Positions 38,602 through 48,178 of a stretch of 64,000 nt of DNA are shown here, in pieces (the stretch's first letter is position 1; the number at the start of each line of letters is the position of its first letter). The translations under genes and the position numbers were made by a program. Location: assembly GCA_000996895.1 (NCBI GenBank), contig LCBB01000002.1, positions 27,596 to 91,595 of the forward strand, written 5' to 3'. Under the pieces are notes generated by a model. That model saw only the letters and a list, made by a program, of their open reading frames with translations, searched no databases and had not been told where the DNA came from. The stretch is from a candidate division WWE3 bacterium GW2011_GWC2_41_23 (GTDB lineage: Bacteria > Patescibacteriota > WWE3 > UBA101185 > UBA10185).

Positions 38602-39221
38602 TTTTTAAACCTCTCGTTTATATCAAGTATGGCGTCTTTTTCAAATAGAACTGTTTTTGCGGCGATTAAATCGTAGGGATTCAATGATCCGGCGTAAGCT
38701 GCTCTAATTTTTGTTAAGTTTGAAATACTTTTCATTACGTTGTCGTCTTTTTTATTCCAAACGTATAGAACAGAACCTTTGAGTCCCAGTGTTTTCAAAA
38801 CACCTGACATTGCTGAAGTTGAAATTTTTTCCAACCCTAATCCGTTTACAACAAATAAAGACTCGCCGGTCTCCTTTAAAGAAAGGGCTGATCTCATGGC
38901 CAATTTCTTCATTTTCTTCGGCAATTTCAAAGTCCAATCCTTTGGAAGGGGACCGTGAGTAACACCTCCGTGAACCCAAATAGGGCTTCTCGAGGATCCA
39001 GCTCTTGCGCGGCCGGTTCCTTTTTGTCTCCAGGGTTTTGCACCGCCCCCAGCTACCTCTGCTTTGTTTTTTACTTTGGAAGTTCCGGTTCTCTGGTTGG
39101 TTGTATAAACTCTTATATACTGCGCTAAAACGCTGTTGTTGGGTTCGATTTTAAATACCTCATCATGAAGGTTTATTTCTTCGACTTTTTTACCTTTGTT
39201 GTCTAATACTTGTTTTTTCAT
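38598..39221 (-). CDS. rplD: 50S ribosomal protein L4
   Basis: KPWRQKGTGRARAGS. Confidence 0.96.
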   Translation of the reverse strand: MKKQVLDNKGKKVEEINLHDEVFKIEPNNSVLAQYIRVYTTNQRTGTSKVKNKAEVAGGGAKPWRQKGTGRARAGSSRSPIWVHGGVTHGPLPKDWTLKLPKKMKKLAMRSALSLKETGESLFVVNGLGLEKISTSAMSGVLKTLGLKGSVLYVWNKKDDNVMKSISNLTKIRAAYAGSLNPYDLIAAKTVLFEKDAILDINERFKK

Positions 39222-39223
39222 AT

Positions 39224-39652
39224 TTACTTTAACTCGATTGTAATTTTAGAATTTCTCGCTCCCGGCACGGGACCTGAAACCATAAGCTGTTTCTGATCGG
39301 GCATTACTCTTACAATTTTTAAACCTTTTATCGTCACTCTGTCTCCGCCCAACCTTCCTGCCATTTTTTTACCTTTTCTTACTCTTCCCGGTGTCTGACT
39401 GCCGATCGAACCCGGTGCTCTGGGTTTTGTGCTTTGTCCTCCGGTAGCAGGACCTCCGGAAAAATGCCATCTCTTCATTCCGCCTGCAAAACCTTTTCCT
39501 TTTGAAATGCCGACAATATATACGGGCTTGTTTTCCATATCGGCAGTAAGATCTTCACTTATTTTGCCGATTACCGTTACAGGAATTACCTTTCCCGTGT
39601 CGAGAAATATTTGGCTCATGTTAAGTTTTATTCCTTTTATCTTTTCTGTCAT
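39224..39652 (-). CDS. rplC: 50S ribosomal protein L3, internally shortened (142 aa)
   Basis: GIKLNMSQIF..G..IPVTVI, GISKGKGFAG..KRW, RAPGSIG, GKKMAGRLG and GPVPG; about 65-70 aa are missing relative to typical uL3. Confidence 0.93.
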   Translation of the reverse strand: MTEKIKGIKLNMSQIFLDTGKVIPVTVIGKISEDLTADMENKPVYIVGISKGKGFAGGMKRWHFSGGPATGGQSTKPRAPGSIGSQTPGRVRKGKKMAGRLGGDRVTIKGLKIVRVMPDQKQLMVSGPVPGARNSKITIELK

Positions 39653-39655
39653 GGC

Positions 39656-39687
39656 AAAAAATTAGCGCCCAAGGGGCGCCCACTAAT
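39656..39687 (-). promoter_or_regulatory. GC hairpin plus U-tract immediately before the rplC start (attenuator-like)
   Basis: Minus strand reads gcgccc-ctt-gggcgc-taatttttt-gcc-ATG. Confidence 0.45.
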
Positions 39688-39814
39688 GTAACCCTTGTTA
39701 TTAATTACTTTTGCCGGATAAACCGGCTATTTTTAAACGTTTCCTGCATTGAGCGACTTATATTACCCTAGATTACGGCAAAAATCCATACTTTTACCGC
39801 TTTCAATCCACAAC

Positions 39815-40135
39815 TTACATCTTCATCGTTATACCGACACCCGCCGGCAAACTAAGCTTTGACAGGCTCTCTACGGTCTGTGCTGTCGGATTCAGTACAT
39901 CAACCACTCTTTTATGGGTTCTCAGCTCAAACTGCTCCCTGGACCTCTTATCAATATGTGGCCCTCTGATAACTGTGAACTTCTCTATTCTGGTGGGTAG
40001 GGGCACCGGTCCTACTACTTTGGCTCCGGTTCTTATCGCTGTATCCACTATCTTTGAGCAACTAAGATCTATGATCCTGCTGTCGTAGGAATTGAGCTTT
40101 ATTCTGATTTTTGTTTCTTTTTGAGCTTTAGCCAT
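39815..40135 (-). CDS. rpsJ: 30S ribosomal protein S10
   Basis: GPVPLPT and [12 protein letters not shown]. Confidence 0.97.
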   Translation of the reverse strand: MAKAQKETKIRIKLNSYDSRIIDLSCSKIVDTAIRTGAKVVGPVPLPTRIEKFTVIRGPHIDKRSREQFELRTHKRVVDVLNPTAQTVESLSKLSLPAGVGITMKM

Positions 40136-40150
40136 TTTGATGCACCGATA

Positions 40151-40176
40151 GAGCTGCCCCCTTCCGGGGGCAGTTC
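40151..40176 (-). other. Stable GC hairpin (GGAA loop) between tuf and rpsJ
   Basis: Minus strand reads gaactgccccc-ggaa-gggggcagctc; no U-tract downstream. Confidence 0.55.
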
Positions 40177-40188
40177 AAAACTTTTTCT

Positions 40189-41367
40189 TTATGCTGTTAC
40201 TTTAGAGATAACTCCTGCTCCTACAGTATGTCCGCCTTCTCTTATAGCGAATCTCATACCATCTTCGAGTGCCACCGGTGTAATGAGTTTAACTTTCATG
40301 TTTACTTTATCTCCGGGCATTACCATCTCGACACCTTCGGGGAGAACAATCTCACCCGTAACGTCAGTGGTTCTGATATAAAACTGTGGCCTGTATCCGC
40401 TGAAGAAAGGTTTCTGTCTTCCGCCCTCTTCCTTGGATAATATGTAAACCTCAGCATCGAAATCTGTGTGGGGCTTGGTGCTGCCGGGCTTGGCCAACAC
40501 TTGTCCTCTTTCCACATCGGTTCTCTCAATACCTCTAAGAAGGATACCTACGTTGTCTCCTGCGAGACCTTCCTGCATCTGCTTCTTAAACATTTCTACT
40601 CCGGTAACTACTGATTTCTTTGTATCCTTAATACCTACGATTTCGACTTCTTCGTTTATCTTTATCTTGCCTCTCTCGATTCTTCCCGTAACGACAGTTC
40701 CTCTTCCTGAGATTGTGAATACGTCTTCAACGGGCATTAAGAAAGGCTTGTCTAGCTCTCTGACAGGAGTGGGTATAAATGTATCAACTGCCTCCATAAG
40801 TTCCTCGATGCTTTTTATGGCGTCAGCGTCACCTTCCAGAGCTTTCATTGCGGATCCTTTGATTATCGGTGTGGTGTCTCCGGGGAAGCCGTACTTGGTC
40901 AATAATTCTCTTACTTCGAGCTCGACGAGATCAAGAATCTCTTTGTCCTGAACCATGTCTGTCTTGTTCATGAAGACGACCATAGCAGGAACGTTAACTT
41001 GCTTCGCTAACAAGATATGCTCTCTTGTTTGAGGCATTGGTCCGTCAGGAGCTGAGACCACGAGTATGGCTCCGTCCATCTGGGCGGCACCTGTGATCAT
41101 ATTCTTGATGTAGTCCGCATGTCCGGGTGCATCTATGTGGGCGTAGTGCCTCTTATCGGTCTCGTACTCGACGTGAGTAATATTGATCGTGATACCTCGG
41201 GCTCTCTCTTCGGGAGCCTTATCGATATTCTCGTAGCTAATGTATTGCGCCTGACCTTTTCCGGCAAGCACTTTAGTGATAGCTGCGGTTAATGTGGTTT
41301 TTCCATGGTCAACGTGACCAATGGTACCTATGTTTACGTGTTCTTTATTTCTTATAAATTCGGCCAT
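40189..41367 (-). CDS. tuf: Elongation factor Tu
   Basis: [22 protein letters not shown] and NK.D. Confidence 0.99.
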   Translation of the reverse strand: MAEFIRNKEHVNIGTIGHVDHGKTTLTAAITKVLAGKGQAQYISYENIDKAPEERARGITINITHVEYETDKRHYAHIDAPGHADYIKNMITGAAQMDGAILVVSAPDGPMPQTREHILLAKQVNVPAMVVFMNKTDMVQDKEILDLVELEVRELLTKYGFPGDTTPIIKGSAMKALEGDADAIKSIEELMEAVDTFIPTPVRELDKPFLMPVEDVFTISGRGTVVTGRIERGKIKINEEVEIVGIKDTKKSVVTGVEMFKKQMQEGLAGDNVGILLRGIERTDVERGQVLAKPGSTKPHTDFDAEVYILSKEEGGRQKPFFSGYRPQFYIRTTDVTGEIVLPEGVEMVMPGDKVNMKVKLITPVALEDGMRFAIREGGHTVGAGVISKVTA

Positions 41368-41487
41368 GTTAAATTATCTATCCTTTCGAAATTATATAAA
41401 ATTAATACTTTAAGTTGTTTAGACTAATTCGACAACTGCTAGTTAACCAGATTAATACCGAAAAATCAAGCATTTTAGGGAAAAAGC

Positions 41488-43572
41488 CTATCTCCTGCTT
41501 GTCTTTACGATTTCCGGTAAAACGCTGGCGGGAACTTCCTCGTAGTGGCTAGGCTCCATAGCAAAAGAAGCCCTTCCCTGCGTCATACCCCTCAACTCCG
41601 TAGCATACCCGAACATCTCGGCTAAAGGAGCTGTACTGGTTATAACACGGGCATTTCCGCGCTGTTCGGTGCTTTCAATCTTGCCTCTTTTTGAGGACAA
41701 ATTACCGATAACGTCTCCCATGTAGTCGTCGGGTGTTACCACCTCAATCTTCATTATAGGTTCAATTATGAAGGAATCGGCACTTCGCTGGGCATCTCTA
41801 ATGGCTTCGATAGCAGCCATCTTGAAGGCCATTTCCGAAGAGTCAACTTCGTGGAAAGATCCGTCGTATAAACTGACTCTCAGGTCAACAAGGGGGTAAC
41901 CGGCCAAGATACCGCTTTCTACCGCTTCCTTGACACCTTTTTCAACTGCAGGAATGTATTCCCTGGGAATTGAGCCACCGACAAGCTTGTCCACAAATTC
42001 CAGCCCTTTTCCTCTCTCCAAGGGTTCGACTTTGAGAACGACGTGACCGTACTGACCACGGCCGCCCGACTGACGGATGTATTTACCTTCAACATCAACT
42101 GCTTTTCTAATAGTCTCTCTGTAAGCAACCTGAGGTTTCCCTGTATTTACCTCGACACCGAACTCTCTTTTCATACGGTCTACAATAATTTCCAAGTGGA
42201 GTTCACCCATTCCATAAAGAACGCCCTGTCCTGTTTCTTCGTTTGTTTTTATTTTTAAAGTAGGATCTTCTTCCAAAAACTTTTTGATTGCCACGGACAT
42301 TTTATCTCTGTCAGCCTTTGATTTAGGTTCCAACACAAGTCCGATAACCGGTTCTGCAAAACTTATGGATTCCAAAACAATCGGGTACGCCTCACTGCAC
42401 AGAGTATCACCCGTAACAGCATCCAAACCAACCGCGGCACAAATCTCACCTGCTTTTATTTCGTGCAGTTCTTCTCTGTGATTTGCGTGCATCAGAAGAA
42501 GTCGTCCTATTCTTTCTTTTCTATCTTTAGTCGAGTTATAAATGTAAGAACCGGCGGTTATTTGTCCGGAGTAAACACGGAGATAAGTTAATCTTCCTAC
42601 ATACGGGTCAGTTTGAACTTTAAACGCCAGAGCAACAAAGGGGCCGTTCTCATCATGAGCTAGCTTCATTTTTTCGCCTGTAGATTGATCATAACCTTCC
42701 GTATCGGGGGTATCTATAGGAGACGGGAGGTAAGCAACAACACCGTCTAAAAGTTTTTGAATTCCCACATTTGATAAAGAAGCTCCGCAAAATACAGGAT
42801 AAAGTTTGGCCTGAACGGTTAACTTTCTAATACCTGATTTAATCTCTTCGATTGTCAGCTCTTCCCCGTTCAAATATTTTTCTATAAGCGAGTCGTCGCT
42901 CTCCGCAACTTTTTCAACTAATTTCTGTCTGAAGTCTTCAACTTTCTGTTTCATATCCTCGGGAATATCTATTTCTACAATATTCTCTCCAAGATTTCCT
43001 TCGAACTTAAAAGCTTTTCTTTCTACTAAATCTATGACTGCGTTAAATTCATTTTCTATACCGATGGGAAGTTGTACCGCGACGGCGTCCTTGGCAAGTT
43101 TTTCAAGAACAGAATCAACGGACATATAAAAATCTCCGCCGATCTTATCCAGTTTATTTACAAAAAATAACAAAGGTACGTGATATTTCTGAGCCTGTCT
43201 GAAAACTGTTTCCGATTGAGGCTCGACACCCTGTGATCCGTCAAGAATAATTACACCGCCGTCAAGAACCCTAAGGGATCTTTCAACTTCAGCCGTAAAG
43301 TCAACGTGGCCCGGAGTGTCGATAATATTTATTCTGGTGTCATCCCAAAAACAAGTGGTAGCCGCGGACGTGATAGTGATGCCTCTTTCGCGCTCCTGAG
43401 CCATCCAGTCCATCTGGGCAGCACCCTCGTGAACCTCACCGATTTTATGAGATTTTCCGGTGTAATAAAGTATACGTTCGGAAGTGGTAGTTTTTCCCGC
43501 GTCAATATGAGCAATGATGCCTATATTGCGAATTTTTTCTAAAGGGTATTGCTTGTTGGATGTTTCGGCCAT
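41488..43572 (-). CDS. fusA: Elongation factor G
   Basis: [25 protein letters not shown] and GMGELHL. Confidence 0.99.
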   Translation of the reverse strand: MAETSNKQYPLEKIRNIGIIAHIDAGKTTTSERILYYTGKSHKIGEVHEGAAQMDWMAQERERGITITSAATTCFWDDTRINIIDTPGHVDFTAEVERSLRVLDGGVIILDGSQGVEPQSETVFRQAQKYHVPLLFFVNKLDKIGGDFYMSVDSVLEKLAKDAVAVQLPIGIENEFNAVIDLVERKAFKFEGNLGENIVEIDIPEDMKQKVEDFRQKLVEKVAESDDSLIEKYLNGEELTIEEIKSGIRKLTVQAKLYPVFCGASLSNVGIQKLLDGVVAYLPSPIDTPDTEGYDQSTGEKMKLAHDENGPFVALAFKVQTDPYVGRLTYLRVYSGQITAGSYIYNSTKDRKERIGRLLLMHANHREELHEIKAGEICAAVGLDAVTGDTLCSEAYPIVLESISFAEPVIGLVLEPKSKADRDKMSVAIKKFLEEDPTLKIKTNEETGQGVLYGMGELHLEIIVDRMKREFGVEVNTGKPQVAYRETIRKAVDVEGKYIRQSGGRGQYGHVVLKVEPLERGKGLEFVDKLVGGSIPREYIPAVEKGVKEAVESGILAGYPLVDLRVSLYDGSFHEVDSSEMAFKMAAIEAIRDAQRSADSFIIEPIMKIEVVTPDDYMGDVIGNLSSKRGKIESTEQRGNARVITSTAPLAEMFGYATELRGMTQGRASFAMEPSHYEEVPASVLPEIVKTSRR

Positions 43573-43606
43573 ATTTATAGAAACCTTCGTTAATAGAAAT
43601 TAGTAA

Positions 43607-44074
43607 TTATCTCCTAGCAAAATGTGCAAATGCCCTATTGGCGTCAGCCATTCTATGAGTGTCGTCACGTTTCTTAATAGCATCGCCCATACTTTGATAG
43701 GCATTGTTAAGTTCTTCGTAGAGCTTTTCTTCCATCGGTTTACCCTTTTTGTTTCTCGCGGCTGTGATAAGCCATCTTAATGCCAAAGCTTCCGATCTTT
43801 CGTGTTTTAACGGCATAGGCACCTGGTATGTGGCGCCTCCCACTCTTTTAGATCTGACTTCCTGTTGAGGCATTACATTTTTAACAGCTGTTTCAAACAT
43901 TCTGAGGCCTTCTTTTCTATCTTCGTTAAGACGGTCAATGGCACCGTAAACAACAGATTCGGCGATGGATTTCTTTCCGCTCTGCATGACTATGTTTATC
44001 ATCCTGTTAACAATTTTTGACTTGAAAACCGGATCTCCTAACAACATTCTTTTCTTTGCGGGCTTGCCTCTCAT
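43607..44074 (-). CDS. rpsG: 30S ribosomal protein S7
   Basis: [10 protein letters not shown] and [12 protein letters not shown]. Confidence 0.98.
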   Translation of the reverse strand: MRGKPAKKRMLLGDPVFKSKIVNRMINIVMQSGKKSIAESVVYGAIDRLNEDRKEGLRMFETAVKNVMPQQEVRSKRVGGATYQVPMPLKHERSEALALRWLITAARNKKGKPMEEKLYEELNNAYQSMGDAIKKRDDTHRMADANRAFAHFARR

Positions 44075-44493
44075 TTTTTAGCCTCCTTAGGTTTCTTAGT
44101 ACCGTAGATCGAGCGTGAAGTTTTTCTTGACTGAACACCGGCAAGATCCAAGGTTCCTCTGACGATGGTGTATTTGACACCTGGAAGATCCTGAACTTTT
44201 CCGCCTTTTACCAAAACAACTGAGTGTTCCTGAAGGTTGTGACCTTCGCCCGGAATATAAACAGTTACTTCTTTCTTATTTGACAACCTTACTCTCGCAG
44301 TCTTTCGAAGTGCTGAGTTAGGTTTCTTCGGAGTTTGAGTTCGCACCAAAAGTACAACACCCCTCTTGAAAGGACCCTGTCTCTTAATCGGGCGTCTTTT
44401 CAAGGTATTGAATGCTTCCTTCAAAGCCCTTGTCGAAGACTTTTTAGATTTGGTTTTTCTGCTTTTTCTAAGTAACTGGTTTATCGTAGGCAT
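44071..44493 (-). CDS. rpsL: 30S ribosomal protein S12
   Basis: [27 protein letters not shown] and DLPGVKY. Confidence 0.98.
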   Translation of the reverse strand: MPTINQLLRKSRKTKSKKSSTRALKEAFNTLKRRPIKRQGPFKRGVVLLVRTQTPKKPNSALRKTARVRLSNKKEVTVYIPGEGHNLQEHSVVLVKGGKVQDLPGVKYTIVRGTLDLAGVQSRKTSRSIYGTKKPKEAKK

Positions 44494-44495
44494 AA

Positions 44496-47400
44496 TTACT
44501 CCAATCGCGCACGGTCACCTGTCGGGATTAATCTACCAATTATCACGTTTTCTTTCAATCCCAAAAGATAATCAACCTTACCAGACGACGCTGCGTCGGT
44601 CAACACGTTACTGGTCTGAATAAATGAAGCTGCGGACAAGAAACTATCAGTATTTAACGAAGCTCTGGTGATACCGAGCATTGTCAGTTTACCTGTTGCA
44701 GGAGCTCCGCCGCTGGCAATAACTTCTTCGTTAACTTCCATAAATCTTGCTTTGGTGCTTAGTTCACCCTCCATAAATTCCGTGTCTCCTACCTCATCGA
44801 TTTTAACGTGATTGAACATTTGTTTTACGATAATTTCTATATGCTTATCATTAAGAGCAACACCTTGAGATGCATAAACTTTCTGGATTTCTTCGATGAT
44901 GTATCTCTTGGTCTCGTCGACTCCTACAGTTCTGAATAAGTCAGTAAGATCCAGATTCCCTGCAGTCAGTTTTTCGCCTTTCGCAACTATTTCCCCTTCT
45001 TTGACTATGATTTCTTCAACCGGGTCCACCAAGTATTCGGCGGCATCCTCATCACGGTCTGAAGGAATGATTATAATTTTTCTCTCATCGCCGCTTTTAA
45101 CTATGCTTACGGTACCGGTAACATCCGACATCAGCGAAAGGAATTTAGGGGCTCTTGCCTCAACCAACTCTTCAACTCTGGGCAAACCTTGAGTGATATC
45201 TTTTCCTGCAATGCCGCCGGTGTGGAATGTTCTCATTGAAAGCTGAGTTCCGGGTTCTCCGATTGACTGGGCTGCCGCAACACCTACTGCTGTTCCCATG
45301 TTCACAAGTTTTCCTGTCATTAGATCGTTACCGTAGCACTTACCGCAAAGGCCTCTTCTGGTCTCGCAGTGCATCGGGGATCTAATAACAATGTTCTCAA
45401 TTCCTTCGGCTTCTACTTTGGCTACGTCTTCGCGGGTAAGTAGTGTCCCTCTTTTTACCAAGGTTTTTCCTTTAACTTTTACATCGGTAGCAAGGTATCT
45501 TCCGATAACTCTGTCTGCAAAAGTTTGAAGAAGGGTTCCTTCTCCTACCTTCATTGTTCTACCGTGTTCGGTTCCGCAGTCTTCAATACGGACTATAACA
45601 TCCTGCGAAACGTCAACGAGTCTTCTTGTTAGGTAACCTGCGTCTGCTGTCTTCAATCCTTTGTCTACCAATCCCTTTCTTGCACCTTTTGCACCGATGA
45701 AGTACTCCAGTGCCGACAATCCGTATTTGTAATTACCAAGAATTGGAACTTCAACTGTCTTTCCTGATGTGTCGACAATTAAACCCTTCATACCGGCAAC
45801 CTGCTTAACCTGGTCTCTTGAAGCTCGGGTTGAGCCTGATTTAACCAAAACTTTAACAGGGTTGTCATCGGCCATTCCATCCCAGATGGCTGCATCAAGA
45901 TCGGAAATGACTTTATTCCATGTATCCTCTTTAAGCCTTGAGGCTTCGGCTCTGGTTATCAAACCTCTTTTGTAGTTAGACTCAATCTCAGCTACCGTTG
46001 ATTTTCCGCCGGTTATAATCGAAGTTCTGGCCTGAGGAACCTGTATATCGGACAAAGAAACCGACTGACCGCTGATAGTACCGAATTTCAATCCGATGTC
46101 TTTAAGGTCATCAATAAATTTAACAACAACTTCGTTCGGTTCAGTCTCAAATGTTTTCTGCAAAATAGCATTGATTTGTTTCTTATCCATTGTCTGATTA
46201 ACATATCCGAATCTCGCCGGTACGACTCTGTTGAAAATAAGCCTTCCGTATGTAGTTTCCAAGATTTCTCCGTTAACACCTATTTTTATTTTTTGTCTCA
46301 GGTTCACCTCTTTATTAACATCCACCGCGTGCATAAGTTCGTATTCGTCCGAGAATACTCTTTCGAACAGGGGTAACTTCTCTTCAATAGATGTAATGTA
46401 GTAAACACCGAACAACATAATTTTAGTAGGTATTGAGATAGGAGATCCGTTCGAAGGATTCAACAGATTGTTGGTAGATATCATTACTGTTTTGGCTTCT
46501 TCTATGGCCTTTTCTCCCAAAGGAACGTGGACGGCCATCTGGTCTCCGTCGAAGTCGGCATTGTAGCCAGAGCATACACAGAGATGCAACTTGATAGAAT
46601 TCCCTTCCACAAGTTTCGGGTAGAATGCCTGGATGCCCAATCTCCAAAGAGTAGGTGCACGGTTCAAAAGCACGGGGTGTCCCTGAACAACTTCTTCAAG
46701 AATATCCCAAACTTCAGGCACACGTGATTCCAGATAATACTTCGCGCTCTTTACGTTGGGAGCATACCCTCTTCCGAGGATTTCTCTTAAAACCATAGGC
46801 TTGAATAACTCAAGAGCCATGTCTTTGGGAAGTCCGCATTCGTTTAATTTCAAATTGGGTCCGTTTATGATAACGCCTCTACCTGAGTAATCGACTCTTT
46901 TTCCCAATAGGTTCAATCGGAATATTCCCTGTTTACCCTTGATCATGTCGGCAAGTGATCTTAATTCTTTTTTGCCTCTGGTCACTCTGGTCTTTTGTCT
47001 CTGCTTCGATGCGTCGAAAAGTGCGTCAACAGATTCCTGCAACATTCTCTTTTCGTTTCTGACAATAATTTCGGGGGCACCTAAGTCTAGCAATCTTCCC
47101 AATCGGTTATTTCTATTGATAAGTCTTCTATATAAATCGTTCAGGTCGGAACTTGCGAAACGTCCGCCTTCCAACTGAACCATAGGTCTCAAATCCGGCG
47201 GAATTACAGGAATAATCTCCATGATCATTCTGTCGGGAGATATGCTTGCTTTTCTGAATTGTTCCACGACCTTTAATCTTTTGTTTATTCTTTGAGCCTT
47301 CTGTCCCTTGGAAGTAGTCAGGTCTACTCTAAGTTTCTCTGACAGATTATTAAGGTCCATGCTCTTTAATATGTTCTGCAAAGCCTCCGCGCCAATCTCG

Positions 47401-48164
47401 AGTTGGGCGAATACCTCCAGGTAGTTTACCAGCTGGACGTACTCATTCTCTGAAATGACCGAGTACTGCTCGACACTCTCAATCTTTTTCTGAACTATCT
47501 TGAAATGTTTTTCCTGTTCTTCAATCTTTTTTTCGTACTGAGTTCTTACCTGTTGAGTTTTTTCTCTGATTTTTCTTTCTTCTTCGGCACGTTTTATTTC
47601 TTCCGGAATTTTTGCGATGGTTTTTAAAGCAACTTCTATTTCCTGTACTTTGCCGTCAGCTTCTTTATTTATTGTGGCTTTAACTTTTTCGAAGTCTTTT
47701 GTAATCATGTCTATGGCTTCTGCCTTCTTTTTCCCGTCCATCACGGTAACGATGAATGACGCGAAATAGACAACCGATTCTACATTTCTCGGTGTTAAAT
47801 CAAGCAATAACGCCATTTTTGAAGGAATGCCTTTGAAGAACCAAACGTGAGCTACGGGAGAAGCGAGCTTTATGTGTCCCATTCTTTCTCTTCTCACTCT
47901 TGAGTGTGTTACTTCAACACCGCACTTATCGCACAAGACACCTTTGTATCTAATGCCCTTATATTTTCCGCAGTAACACTCGTAATTCTTGGAAGGACCG
48001 AAAATACGTTCGTCAAACAATCCCTCCCTTTCGGGTTTGAATGTTCTGTAATTAATGGTTTCCGGCTTTGTAACTTCACCGAATGACCAGCTCAGTAATT
48101 CCTGGCTTGAAGCTAAGTAAATTTTTATGGCGTCGAAATCTTTTAGTTGACTAATGTCTTTCAT
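44496..48164 (-). CDS. rpoC: RNA polymerase beta' subunit
   Basis: CYCGKYK Zn finger, [20 protein letters not shown] and GEPGTQL.MRTFH. Confidence 0.99.
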   Translation of the reverse strand: MKDISQLKDFDAIKIYLASSQELLSWSFGEVTKPETINYRTFKPEREGLFDERIFGPSKNYECYCGKYKGIRYKGVLCDKCGVEVTHSRVRRERMGHIKLASPVAHVWFFKGIPSKMALLLDLTPRNVESVVYFASFIVTVMDGKKKAEAIDMITKDFEKVKATINKEADGKVQEIEVALKTIAKIPEEIKRAEEERKIREKTQQVRTQYEKKIEEQEKHFKIVQKKIESVEQYSVISENEYVQLVNYLEVFAQLEIGAEALQNILKSMDLNNLSEKLRVDLTTSKGQKAQRINKRLKVVEQFRKASISPDRMIMEIIPVIPPDLRPMVQLEGGRFASSDLNDLYRRLINRNNRLGRLLDLGAPEIIVRNEKRMLQESVDALFDASKQRQKTRVTRGKKELRSLADMIKGKQGIFRLNLLGKRVDYSGRGVIINGPNLKLNECGLPKDMALELFKPMVLREILGRGYAPNVKSAKYYLESRVPEVWDILEEVVQGHPVLLNRAPTLWRLGIQAFYPKLVEGNSIKLHLCVCSGYNADFDGDQMAVHVPLGEKAIEEAKTVMISTNNLLNPSNGSPISIPTKIMLFGVYYITSIEEKLPLFERVFSDEYELMHAVDVNKEVNLRQKIKIGVNGEILETTYGRLIFNRVVPARFGYVNQTMDKKQINAILQKTFETEPNEVVVKFIDDLKDIGLKFGTISGQSVSLSDIQVPQARTSIITGGKSTVAEIESNYKRGLITRAEASRLKEDTWNKVISDLDAAIWDGMADDNPVKVLVKSGSTRASRDQVKQVAGMKGLIVDTSGKTVEVPILGNYKYGLSALEYFIGAKGARKGLVDKGLKTADAGYLTRRLVDVSQDVIVRIEDCGTEHGRTMKVGEGTLLQTFADRVIGRYLATDVKVKGKTLVKRGTLLTREDVAKVEAEGIENIVIRSPMHCETRRGLCGKCYGNDLMTGKLVNMGTAVGVAAAQSIGEPGTQLSMRTFHTGGIAGKDITQGLPRVEELVEARAPKFLSLMSDVTGTVSIVKSGDERKIIIIPSDRDEDAAEYLVDPVEEIIVKEGEIVAKGEKLTAGNLDLTDLFRTVGVDETKRYIIEEIQKVYASQGVALNDKHIEIIVKQMFNHVKIDEVGDTEFMEGELSTKARFMEVNEEVIASGGAPATGKLTMLGITRASLNTDSFLSAASFIQTSNVLTDAASSGKVDYLLGLKENVIIGRLIPTGDRARLE

Positions 48165-48178
48165 ATATATTTGCGGAA

